Below are positions 8,913 through 17,668 of a stretch of DNA of 64,000 nt, one piece after another (position 1 is the stretch's first letter; each line of letters opens with the position of its first letter). The translations under genes and the position numbers were made by a program. Source of the DNA: Candidatus Bathyarchaeota archaeon (GTDB lineage: Archaea; Thermoproteota; Bathyarchaeia; Bathyarchaeales; Bathycorpusculaceae); contig CAVZJV010000014.1 in the NCBI GenBank assembly GCA_963775685.1, forward strand, positions 1,184,001-1,248,000, in the 5' to 3' direction. The notes under the pieces are model-generated. The model was given only the letters and a program-made list of their open reading frames with translations, made no database searches and was not told where the DNA came from.

Positions 8913-9015
8913 AGCTCACACCTTCTTCTCTCCCTCGTGCTCTTTGCTTACGCTTCGCAAGCCGCCAATACTCACGCAACTCAGCCGAATGCTTAAAGCT
9001 CTTGCAATTGTCCAT
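8905..9015 (-). CDS. 36-aa basic microprotein
   Basis: MDNCKSFKHSAELREYWRLAKRKQRARGREEGVSYG; overlaps the next start by 8 nt. Confidence 0.5.
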   Translation of the reverse strand: MDNCKSFKHSAELREYWRLAKRKQRARGREEGVSYG

Positions 9016-9341
9016 GACAAATGCTGGTTCAGTTGAACCATTTAAAAACAGAATAATAATTGTAAGAATGCCAAGTCAGAAGTTAGAAGAGAGGGCAAGT
9101 TACAGCAGAAAAACAGTAGAGTCTTTTTCCTTAGCGCGCTTACCGCTTTTTCCAGAGCTGCCTACACGAAATAGCCCTATCTTAAAAAAGCCCTTATAAG
9201 AATTAACATATAACATAGGTACGAATCCATCGAACCCGCCAATCTACGGTTTTCCCGCCTCTTTATATCAAACAATCGTTTTAATTGAGTATTGAGAACC
9301 CAAAGTCTGTATGCTTCTCAACAGCAGAATTGAAGCTGAGG

Positions 9342-10275
9342 ATGGTGTTTGGCATGATAGAGACTGAGAACCTTACCAGAAAGTTCGGGAACCTAACTGC
9401 GGTCAACAATCTAACCCTTCGCGTAGACGAGGGTGAAGTCTTCGGTTTACTTGGACCCAACGGGGCAGGAAAAACCACCACGGTGAGAATGTTCTGCTGC
9501 CTGATATCTAAGACAAGCGGCACTGCCAAGGTTGGCGGTTACGAGGTCGGCAGTGAAGAAAATGCCCGGAAGATTAGAAAAATCATCGGGCTCGTCCCAG
9601 ACAACGTAGGGCTCTACGAATCGCTCACTGCCTACGAAAACCTGGACTACTACGGAACACTTTACAGGCGAACTGACACCCAGCGCAAAGAAAGCAATGA
9701 GTACTTCCTGAAGCTGCTTGGGCTTTGGGAGAAAAGAGACGTTCTTGCGGGAGCATTCTCCAAGGGAATGAAACAGAAGCTCGCTATAGCCCGCGCTAGT
9801 CCACGACCCCCAGATAATTTTCATGGATGAGCCGACTGCAAACCTCGATCCCGAATCCGCTAAAAAAGTGAGGGAATTCATTCTCTCCCTGAAGAAGGAA
9901 AAGAAAACCATCTTCCTCAATACGCACAACCTCGATGAAGCCCAGAGAATCTGTAATAGAATCGGTATCTTAAATACCCGCCTGATGGCAGTGGGCTCCC
10001 CTCAAGAACTCGAACAATCCATCCATGGAAGGAAGACGGTGATCCAGCTCAGACAAGTGAACGAAGCGATTCTGGATTCCCTCAACCGACTCAAAATAAA
10101 GAACTTGGTTCGGGAAGGTAACAAGTTAACTGTCGATGTCGCCAATCCCCAAGAGGAGAACCCAGAAATGATAAATGCAATTGTTAAGGCTGAAGGACGC
10201 ATCGAGACGGTAACAGTGACTAGCAGTTCGCTGGAAGACACGTACTTGAAACTAGTAAAGGAGAACCCCCAATGA
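9342..10275 (+). CDS. ABC exporter ATP-binding subunit, frameshifted at ~9795
   Basis: Walker A GPNGAGKTT and signature FSKGMKQK; the shifted frame gives LVHDPQIIFMDEP (Walker B) and the H-loop NTH. Confidence 0.9.
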
Positions 10276-11003
10276 CCGCTTGGTTACCATGGAAGATAGC
10301 ACAGAAAGAACTCAAAGTAATCAGACGAAAGAAAAGCATTATCTTCTATACTGTTGGGCTTCCCCTCCTAATCGCAATTGTTTTCTCACTTGTCCTTAAG
10401 AGCCAAACAGCCAACGGAATTCCTAATACAATCGCACTAGGCGCTGACTCAATCGTTTACCTCTTCGTTATTTTAGCAACAGTCCTTCCCAGCACGATTG
10501 CAGCATACAGCATAGTGGGGGAAAAAGTCGAAAAGACATTGGAACCGTTGCTGGCGACTCCGACGACTGATGGCGAGATTCTGCTGGGAAAAAGCATCGC
10601 CGCCTTCATACCGCCTATTCTGTCCACATGGACAGGGGCATCAATCTTCATGGCAGCAACGGACTATTTCTTGCACAATCCAGGGTTAGGCTACTACTAT
10701 TTTCCCAACTGGAACGCCGGCGTTATGCTGTTGCTTCTGGCGCCGCTTGCAGCGGTTCTTAGTATTGAAGTAGCAGTGATTGCATCCGCGCGGGTAAGCG
10801 ATGTTCGGGGTGCAAACCAGATTGCAGGTCTCATGTTTATTCCGTTTGTCGCTGTCTTCTTTGTGGGAGTCGAAGGGATTTTCTCATTCAGTATCGGTAA
10901 CCTATTGATCTTCGCCGCCGTTGTTTTGATCGCTGACATAATTCTGTTCTTCTTAAGTAAATCTACATTCAAGCGAGAAGAGATACTAACAAAATGGAAG
11001 TAG
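10272..11003 (+). CDS. ABC-2 type permease
   Basis: SIVGEKVEKTLEPLLATP..EILLGK motif, 6 TM helices, ATGA overlap with the ATPase. Confidence 0.92.
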   Translation: MTAWLPWKIAQKELKVIRRKKSIIFYTVGLPLLIAIVFSLVLKSQTANGIPNTIALGADSIVYLFVILATVLPSTIAAYSIVGEKVEKTLEPLLATPTTDGEILLGKSIAAFIPPILSTWTGASIFMAATDYFLHNPGLGYYYFPNWNAGVMLLLLAPLAAVLSIEVAVIASARVSDVRGANQIAGLMFIPFVAVFFVGVEGIFSFSIGNLLIFAAVVLIADIILFFLSKSTFKREEILTKWK

Positions 11004-11031
11004 CAAAGTTAGAGAAGGGAGGTTCAAAAAA

Positions 11032-11235
11032 ATGACAAAAGTAAAGTTTGAAATAGGCGAGACTGAAAAACATACCATTATTCTTAATGTGAACCCTCTT
11101 CTAAAATACACCGCCATAGAAATGGATGGCAAAAAAATCATTAATGAATCACACTTTTTGTCATTGCCAAAAAAGTTCCAGGTTGAAGTAATAAACACCG
11201 AAAAAAATTACGCTAGGCTAAATGGAAGTATTTAG
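11032..11235 (+). CDS. hypothetical protein, possibly truncated
   Basis: GGAGGT RBS; FEIGETEKH motif partly repeated before the sequence degenerates. Confidence 0.5.
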   Translation: MTKVKFEIGETEKHTIILNVNPLLKYTAIEMDGKKIINESHFLSLPKKFQVEVINTEKNYARLNGSI

Positions 11236-11520
11236 ACTTAGACACTAAAAATAGAGGTGAGAGTAACGACTGAAGTAACAGCTGTGATAATTATCGTTGT
11301 AACCATTGCTATGATAGTAATAGGTTATTTTCTTATAGGACCACCTGGTAACCGCAGATGGAATAAGAGAAAAAATTAATACTGAACCGTTCTCGTCTAC
11401 CCAAGTCACTGCAGATGGCAAAACTGTAGATGGCAAACACACTCAAAAAGCCTGAAAGTGCATCGCTAGCCCAAAAGGTTGAAATTTAGCCAACTAACCG
11501 GTAATCTTTTCCGCTGAACG

Positions 11521-11673
11521 CTATTGGGAAAAAGCAGCGCGCACTTTAGCGCCGAACAACAAACAAAACGGCTTCTCCTCAGCTGCAAACGGCAAACTAT
11601 ACCGCAGGGCATCGGTCGCATGATCATTTTCCTTGACGTCTTCTCGATACTCCAACAACTCAATGATAAGGTT
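11521..11673 (-). pseudogene. C-terminal remnant of a viral terminase large subunit
   Basis: Manual translation NLIIELLEYREDVKENDHATDALRYSLPF...; DHxxDALRY is the terminase nuclease end motif; the similarity does not extend further upstream. Confidence 0.7.
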
Positions 11674-11720
11674 ATAAGGTAAGAAAAATGATTTGCAAGA
11701 ATACCTGAAGCTAACCTTGA

Positions 11721-11933
11721 CTATTGGTTTTTTGAATCATTAACCGCTTTTTCTAAATCAACTAAGTCTAAGAGAATACGGTTAGTTATAGAGTTAAACT
11801 TCTCAGGATGACGCTTCTTAAACTGAGTAAATCGATAACGGTAACGCATAAGGCTGTTCCAGCTTTTCTTTTCTGTTGTGCTGCCATCGACAAGTAAGCT
11901 TGGAAGCTTACGCTTAACCCTATCAGCATTCAA
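11721..11933 (-). CDS. hypothetical protein
   Basis: 70-aa ORF with an AGGAGGT RBS upstream. Confidence 0.6.
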   Translation of the reverse strand: MNADRVKRKLPSLLVDGSTTEKKSWNSLMRYRYRFTQFKKRHPEKFNSITNRILLDLVDLEKAVNDSKNQ

Positions 11934-12014
11934 GAAAGAAAAACCTCCTTAATAGTCATGACAGGTGGAAGAGAAAAAAGGGGAAAGTATAGTAAAAATA
12001 CTTGTCTGGAGGGG

Positions 12015-12035
12015 CAAATCCTGCCCGTAGCACCA
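12015..12035 (+). mobile_element. tRNA 3'-end fragment, candidate att site at the right boundary of an integrated element
   Basis: CAAAT-CCTGC-CCGTAGC-A-CCA has T-loop, T-stem, acceptor strand, discriminator and CCA geometry, with no 5' tRNA half upstream. Confidence 0.6.
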
Positions 12036-12102
12036 CTAATCTCAAGATTTTTAGGGAAATTTTAATACAGCCCATCGTTTGTAAATTGTAATCTTTAATT
12101 GG

Positions 12103-12348
12103 GTGGCTTGGTTGATTATAACAGTTTTCACGTACGAGGAAAAGATAAGACTCAGGGGCATATCTTCGGAACTCAGGGAAATCCGCAAGCTCATCGATGA
12201 ACTCGCTGAAAAATCGGTAATACTAAGTGACAAAGAATTGATGAAAAGTTTCGATGCAAGCCAAATAGACCTTAAAGAAAACGAAGTTCTCAGATGCAGA
12301 GAAAAGCTGCAAGAAAAAGTAGACAACGCTGAAAAAGAACTCAGTTGA
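12103..12348 (+). CDS. antitoxin-like small protein
   Basis: ELREIRKLIDELAEK..ILSDKELMKSFDASQIDLKENEV resembles archaeal RelB-type antitoxins; the start codon is uncertain. Confidence 0.4.
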   Translation: MAWLIITVFTYEEKIRLRGISSELREIRKLIDELAEKSVILSDKELMKSFDASQIDLKENEVLRCREKLQEKVDNAEKELS

Positions 12349-12428
12349 GTTCAATGAATTTAAAAGAGATGCGAAAAGCAAATAGGTTGCAGTGACCACC
12401 ATAGTTATTTTAATGGAGTTCTTATAAC

Positions 12429-12644
12429 ATGACTTGTTGGAAATGGTTTGGAACCCTTTTGAAAGAGGCGGGAGTAGAACTAAACGCCAGCAACAAAGAA
12501 AAAATTGATGATATTATACACAAGTACATAAGCGAGCAATCAAGCTATGGACGTTGCTCTGGAGACTGGAAAAAAGCCCGAAAGGAAATTGTAGCCGACG
12601 AAAAAATGAAACAAGAACTAATAGGACAACTCAAAACTCTATAG
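12429..12644 (+). CDS. hypothetical protein
   Basis: 71-aa ORF with a GGAG RBS and a downstream T-tract. Confidence 0.65.
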   Translation: MTCWKWFGTLLKEAGVELNASNKEKIDDIIHKYISEQSSYGRCSGDWKKARKEIVADEKMKQELIGQLKTL

Positions 12645-12963
12645 TAACATTTTTCCTTTGTTTGCTTTACGGAAAACGAATCGCCTCAAAGGTCCTAAGG
12701 CAATCTATGCTTATTATTTAAAAGAATAAGAATTGCTTTATGTTGATTCACCCTGAAAGTTGATTAAAATTGCAAGAAAATAAGAAAACAAAGTGACTTT
12801 CTGAACGATAATATGAAACTATCCATAACACCATTCAAACACCGAGTTGCCACAGGAACAGTTAATACCCAGTTAGCGTTTCCAAATGTTAGACGAAAAA
12901 GCGGTTTCTGTAAGTTAACATAAATTCGCATTTTTAGTTGAACCATTTCAAGGAGGATAAATA

Positions 12964-13161
12964 ATGAAAAAAATATCTACGATCAAGTTTACATGTCCAG
13001 TATGCCACGTAAGCTTCGAGTTCGACTCCGTGGGAGCATATGAGTTTGTTCCCTGTCCAGTCTGCGGAACCGACTACGTGACAATAAAAAAAGGCAACAA
13101 AATAAAGCTGCAAGCTTTCGATCTAGACCAAATGCGTGAAGCACCATTAATTATGGCTTAA
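12964..13161 (+). CDS. LysW-like zinc-ribbon protein
   Basis: CPVC-x16-CPVCG; GGAGG RBS; no C-terminal EDWGE. Confidence 0.7.
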   Translation: MKKISTIKFTCPVCHVSFEFDSVGAYEFVPCPVCGTDYVTIKKGNKIKLQAFDLDQMREAPLIMA

Positions 13162-13246
13162 TTAAAAGCTTATTAAACACTATTCCAGGGGAGCAACAAT
13201 AATGCAAAATAACCCCAAACAAAATAGCTAATTGAAGGTAAATCAA

Positions 13247-15019
13247 ATGAGCACAACATGGAATCTAACAGAACTTTTCTCAGATATAAAGGACCCCAAG
13301 ATCAACCAAGCAATAGCAGAATCCACATCAGCCGCGGACTCCTTTGAGAAAGCTTACCGAGACAAAATAACCCAGCTCTCAGCAGATGGTTTGCTCAGGT
13401 GTATTAAGGATATTGAGTTGTTTGAAGCAAAATTCAGCGACTTAACCTTGTTCTCAAGCCTTTCTTTTTCTGCAGATATGGCGTATCCTCAAACGCAAGC
13501 GCTAAATGATAGAGTTGATAAGCTCTCAGCAAGCATCGGAAAACAATTAGCATTTTATTCTTTGGAACTTGGAAAACTGGTGAAAGCAAAGCCGGAACTC
13601 ATACAAGAGCCTTCTTTAGCTAATTACAGGCACATGCTCGAACGCGTTCAGCGCCGCGTGAAACACCAATTATCCGAGGTAGAAGAGCAACTAATCATAG
13701 AGAAAGACCAGTTTGGCGTAAACGCTTGGGAAGAGTTGCAAAGCAAATGGCTAAACACCCGCCTCTTCGAAATAAGCGTTTTAGGCGAAAAGAAGACACT
13801 CAGCTATGGCGAAGCGAATGGTTTGCTGCCTCATCCTGACAGCACAACAAGAGAATCCGCTTACAAGTCCATCTATGGGTTGTTGGGAAAAGATGGCGAA
13901 GTCTTCTCCGCGGCGCTACGCAGCATCTGCAACGATTGGGTCACAATCTCAAAACGCAGAAAATACGCAACTCCCATGGAATCCAGCTTAATCAACAACG
14001 ACATCCAGGGGGAAATAATCGGCAACTTGCTCAAAACAATAGAGGAAGGCTCGGGTACTTATCGACGTTATCTTAAGGTGAAAGCCAAATTGATGGGCTT
14101 ACCGGAACTGAGCAACCACGACATTATTGCACCCTTGCCCGATGCACCAGAACTGAAATTCAGCTTCCAGCAAGCGCAAGACCTAGTTACTCAAGCCTAC
14201 AGCCGCTTCGACCCAACCTATGCCTCGGCAGTAAAAGATATGTTTCAAAAACACCACATAGACGCCTCTCCGAGGTTTGGCAAACGCAATGGTGCCTTTT
14301 GTGCAAGCTACTTCAACGGCAAATCCGCGTACATCTTGCAGAGCTTCAACGGCACATTAACTGATGTTTTCACGTTGGCACATGAACTGGGGCACGCGAC
14401 CCACGACTGGTATGCATCAAGAAGCCAAACCCTGCTAAACATGCACATTCCTTCATCTGTGGCGGAGACGGCTTCGATTTTTGGCGAGTTACTGGTGACA
14501 GATTTGCTTTTGGATGAGGCGAAATCTGACGCAGAACGGAGATCATTGCTTTGTATGGTTTTGGATGAGGCGGGCATAACTACTTTCCAAGTTACTGCAC
14601 GGGCGTGGTTTGAGCAGGCACTCTACGCTTCAATAGATAAGGGCGAATATTTGGATTATCTGACAATTTGCAGTCATTGGACTAAAGCGCGGGACCATAT
14701 CTTTGGCGATGCTGTCACCTGGTTCCCCGAAATGCAAGCGGAATGGACAATGAAACCCCATTATTTTATGGCAAACTACCGCTTCTACAACTACCCCTAC
14801 GTCTACGCACAAATGTTTGTCTACGCCCTCTATACAAGCTACCTTCAGGAGGGCAAGGAGTTTGTACCCAAGTTGGTTGAGATGCTATCTGCAGGTGGTA
14901 GCAGGTCACCACTAGAAATCGGCGAAATTGTGGGCTTAAACGTTACAAAACCCAACTTTTGGAAGAGCGGTTTAAAGGTGTTTGAACACTTCATTGGCGA
15001 TTTAGAAAAAATCATTTAA
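13247..15019 (+). CDS. pepF: M3B oligoendopeptidase F
   Basis: HELGH zinc motif, GKRNGAFC, AETASIFGE, FYNYPY. Confidence 0.93.
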   Translation: MSTTWNLTELFSDIKDPKINQAIAESTSAADSFEKAYRDKITQLSADGLLRCIKDIELFEAKFSDLTLFSSLSFSADMAYPQTQALNDRVDKLSASIGKQLAFYSLELGKLVKAKPELIQEPSLANYRHMLERVQRRVKHQLSEVEEQLIIEKDQFGVNAWEELQSKWLNTRLFEISVLGEKKTLSYGEANGLLPHPDSTTRESAYKSIYGLLGKDGEVFSAALRSICNDWVTISKRRKYATPMESSLINNDIQGEIIGNLLKTIEEGSGTYRRYLKVKAKLMGLPELSNHDIIAPLPDAPELKFSFQQAQDLVTQAYSRFDPTYASAVKDMFQKHHIDASPRFGKRNGAFCASYFNGKSAYILQSFNGTLTDVFTLAHELGHATHDWYASRSQTLLNMHIPSSVAETASIFGELLVTDLLLDEAKSDAERRSLLCMVLDEAGITTFQVTARAWFEQALYASIDKGEYLDYLTICSHWTKARDHIFGDAVTWFPEMQAEWTMKPHYFMANYRFYNYPYVYAQMFVYALYTSYLQEGKEFVPKLVEMLSAGGSRSPLEIGEIVGLNVTKPNFWKSGLKVFEHFIGDLEKII

Positions 15020-15025
15020 ACCAAC

Positions 15026-15202
15026 TCATTTTTCAAAAATAAAAAAATACTTTAATAAATTTTTATTCTTTAGCAGATGAGTTTCCAACCATTTGATAAA
15101 CCATTTAAAACTGCCACATTCAGCGTTAGAAGGGCAGAATAAACACGGAAATTCTTCTCCAGCTAAATTGATTACCTCGAGAATTTTCTGCCGATTTATC
15201 AT
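15026..15202 (-). CDS. small Cys-containing hypothetical protein, possibly 5'-truncated
   Basis: Manual translation MINRQKILEVINLAGEEFPCLFCPSNAECGSFKWFIKWL. Confidence 0.4.
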   Translation of the reverse strand: MINRQKILEVINLAGEEFPCLFCPSNAECGSFKWFIKWLETHLLKNKNLLKYFFIFEK

Positions 15203-15302
15203 CGGTTATTCTTTTTATTTGGTTCTCAAATTCACCTCACAACAACTGATCTTCTTTTGATGTTTTCTGTTCGAATAGTTTTTATCAATTTGGATTAACT
15301 AA

Positions 15303-16106
15303 CTAGAACCCTAAGAACGCCAAAATTATCAAAATAACTCCGAGAGCAAACGTGTAGACAGCAAAGAAATGGAATCTTTTGTTTAACACCAGCTGCTTCA
15401 CCAACACTATTGCAAAGTAGCCTGTAGCAACCGTAATCACTAAACCTACCGCAAGATTAAGCGGGCTAATTCCTACGCCTTCAGAAACCAAGGTTCCCCC
15501 CTGCAAGTACGCTTCAACGCCTAAGTCGCCCACTATTGCCGGGATAGAAAGCAGAAAAGAAAATTTGAAAACCATCTCTCGCTTGACATCCTGCAAAAGT
15601 CCTGTTGAAATTGTTGAACCACTTCTAGAAAGCCCTGGAAAAATCGCAGCGCCTTGAGCAACACCCATAACCAGTGCCCGTCTATAGGAGATTTGAGTTT
15701 GATTTCCCTTTCCGTATTTGGAGAAAAACAGCAGGATAGCGCCGAAAAGGAAAGTTAAACCGATAATTAGAATTGTCTGGTACGTGTCGGCTAGAAACTT
15801 GTCATAGAGTAGTCCTATTATCCCAGTGGGGATGGTTGCTACAATAATAAGGGGGATAAATCTGCCATACTCAGAATGGAAATCCCGATGTACCAAAGCG
15901 GTTAGAATAATTTTGATGTCGTGCCTGAAGTAGAAAACGACCACCCCGAGTGTGCCTATGTGTAAAAACACATTGAAGAGGGGTGTGGCCTGAAAACCCA
16001 AGAAATGCTCTGTAATTCTCAGATGAGCAGTGCTGGAGATGGGCAGCCACTCGGACAATCCTTGAATTAAACCGAGGATTATTGTGGTGAGGAATTGGTC
16101 AAGCAA
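15303..16106 (-). CDS. uppP: undecaprenyl-diphosphate phosphatase (BacA family)
   Basis: GLIQGLSEWLPISSTAH, PGLSRSGSTI, FSFLLSIPA. Confidence 0.95.
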   Translation of the reverse strand: MLDQFLTTIILGLIQGLSEWLPISSTAHLRITEHFLGFQATPLFNVFLHIGTLGVVVFYFRHDIKIILTALVHRDFHSEYGRFIPLIIVATIPTGIIGLLYDKFLADTYQTILIIGLTFLFGAILLFFSKYGKGNQTQISYRRALVMGVAQGAAIFPGLSRSGSTISTGLLQDVKREMVFKFSFLLSIPAIVGDLGVEAYLQGGTLVSEGVGISPLNLAVGLVITVATGYFAIVLVKQLVLNKRFHFFAVYTFALGVILIILAFLGF

Positions 16107-16408
16107 ACGATAGGCACCTTGTAAACAGGATAGTTTATGGAAGTGTTAAAAGGTTATTATTGATAGGTTTTATAGAAAAATGCGCACAGCCAAAAAATGA
16201 TGGATAATATTTTAAGAGCACAAAGATTTTGTTTAATTTGTTCTATTTTTTTGGCATTCCCATGTGAAAACGCTGATGTCGCTGTATCGAAAGTTTATAG
16301 TGTTACCATAAACAAGTATGAGAATTACTTGGAAATGCTGGCTAAATGGAGCTCCGTTTGGTTTTAAAGCTTTTCTTTAGCCAATCCATTGTAGGGGTGT
16401 GAAATACG

Positions 16409-16744
16409 TTGGAGAGAGCAAGACAGACAACGCAGGCTGTTCATGAACTAATCGAAACCTATAATGAGGTTCACAGGGCAATGAAAACTACGACAAAAAT
16501 GACAGCCAAAACAAAGAAGCTTTGGCGTGAAGGCAACAAATCTAACCTTATAAAAATCGGGGTAGCTTGCATTATGTTTCCTGACCCCTCACCCGTTGGC
16601 GAAATAATTGGTGCAGGCTTCTTGGTAGCAGGAGCTGTACAAATGGGGATTCAGAACAGAGCAGTCTACGTTGGCGACATCAACAAGAACCTTCAAAGCA
16701 CGATCAAAGAACTAAACACAATGCAATGCAACTTGAAAACTTGA
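16409..16744 (+). CDS. hypothetical protein
   Basis: 111-aa ORF with a hydrophobic FPDPSPVGEIIG segment and a GGGGTG RBS. Confidence 0.65.
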   Translation: MERARQTTQAVHELIETYNEVHRAMKTTTKMTAKTKKLWREGNKSNLIKIGVACIMFPDPSPVGEIIGAGFLVAGAVQMGIQNRAVYVGDINKNLQSTIKELNTMQCNLKT

Positions 16745-17173
16745 AGCTTTAAAAAAAGACTATTAAAAGTCATTCTCAGTTAAGTCTTTTAAATAATCCC
16801 TTGCTGAAGTAAATTTTGGTCCCAAAGAGGAGGACAGTATTGGGTTTCATAAAACCATTTGAAAATTTAGGCGAGGGTTTGTTGGTTTAGCACCGTCACA
16901 AAACTTAAGAATAGTATGCTAACTAGAAAACTTGTTTCTAAAAAGATATCCGAGAGGTAGATTTGTTAGAACCTTAAAGGGCTAACAAGCTCTGAACCAA
17001 AAAAGAATACCAGCCACAAATACCTGAGCCCAACCTAAAATCAAGAGTACGACATCAATGAGGATTATGAAGCTCATTGCTCCGAGAACCATCCTGGTTA
17101 AATGTAATTGGTTAAGTTAGTTAATTTGTGTTTTTAAGAATCCAGTTGAACGGGCTTAAAATTCGCCCTTATT

Positions 17174-17665
17174 TTACTCTTTTTCCTGGAAGAGTTTCTT
17201 GATTGCGCCAATTCTTGCTTTCTGCGCCAACACATCGCTTGTAACTACAGTTATGGCTTCTTCAGGACACCATTTGACACATTGAGGTCCCTCGGGTTTG
17301 TCCTTGCACATATCACAAACATAGACGACTTTGGTTTCTGGATGCAACATTATGGCCCCATAGTCGCAGGCTTCGATGCACCACCCGCAGCCGTTGCATT
17401 TGTCTTTGTCTAATTCGATGTTGCCTGTGTCTTTTGATTGCTTTAGTGCGTCTCTGGGGCATGCTGCAACGCAAGCTGGCTCTTCGCAGAGGCGGCACGT
17501 AACGGCCATATTAGCTAGCTGATTAACTCTAACTACGCGGATGCGTGACTTGAGCGGGTTGAAGGCTTTTTCTTTGGTAAATGAGCAAGCGTACTCGCAT
17601 ATTTGGCAGCCGACACATTTTTCAGGGTCGGTGGAAACGAATTTTCTTTCATGAATGTTGACCAT
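17174..17665 (-). CDS. 4Fe-4S polyferredoxin subunit of AOR
   Basis: Four Cys groups (CVGCQICEYAC, CRLCEEPACVAACP, CNGCGWCIEAC, CDMC..CVKWCP). Confidence 0.92.
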   Translation of the reverse strand: MVNIHERKFVSTDPEKCVGCQICEYACSFTKEKAFNPLKSRIRVVRVNQLANMAVTCRLCEEPACVAACPRDALKQSKDTGNIELDKDKCNGCGWCIEACDYGAIMLHPETKVVYVCDMCKDKPEGPQCVKWCPEEAITVVTSDVLAQKARIGAIKKLFQEKE

Positions 17666-17668
17666 TGT

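Noticed and set aside
12024-12032. Match of GCCCGTAGC to the 5' end of tRNA-Ile2
   Set aside because: Only 9 nt, in a non-equivalent position and on the opposite strand; treated as chance
13247-15019. PepF as the dedicated RiPP leader peptidase
   Set aside because: It lies outside the proposed att boundary and belongs to a housekeeping family, so there is no evidence beyond proximity
9034-16864. Recurrent AACCATTT motif as a regulatory site
   Set aside because: Short and AT-rich; the copies near 15090-15105 are explained as KWF/KWL codons on the minus strand
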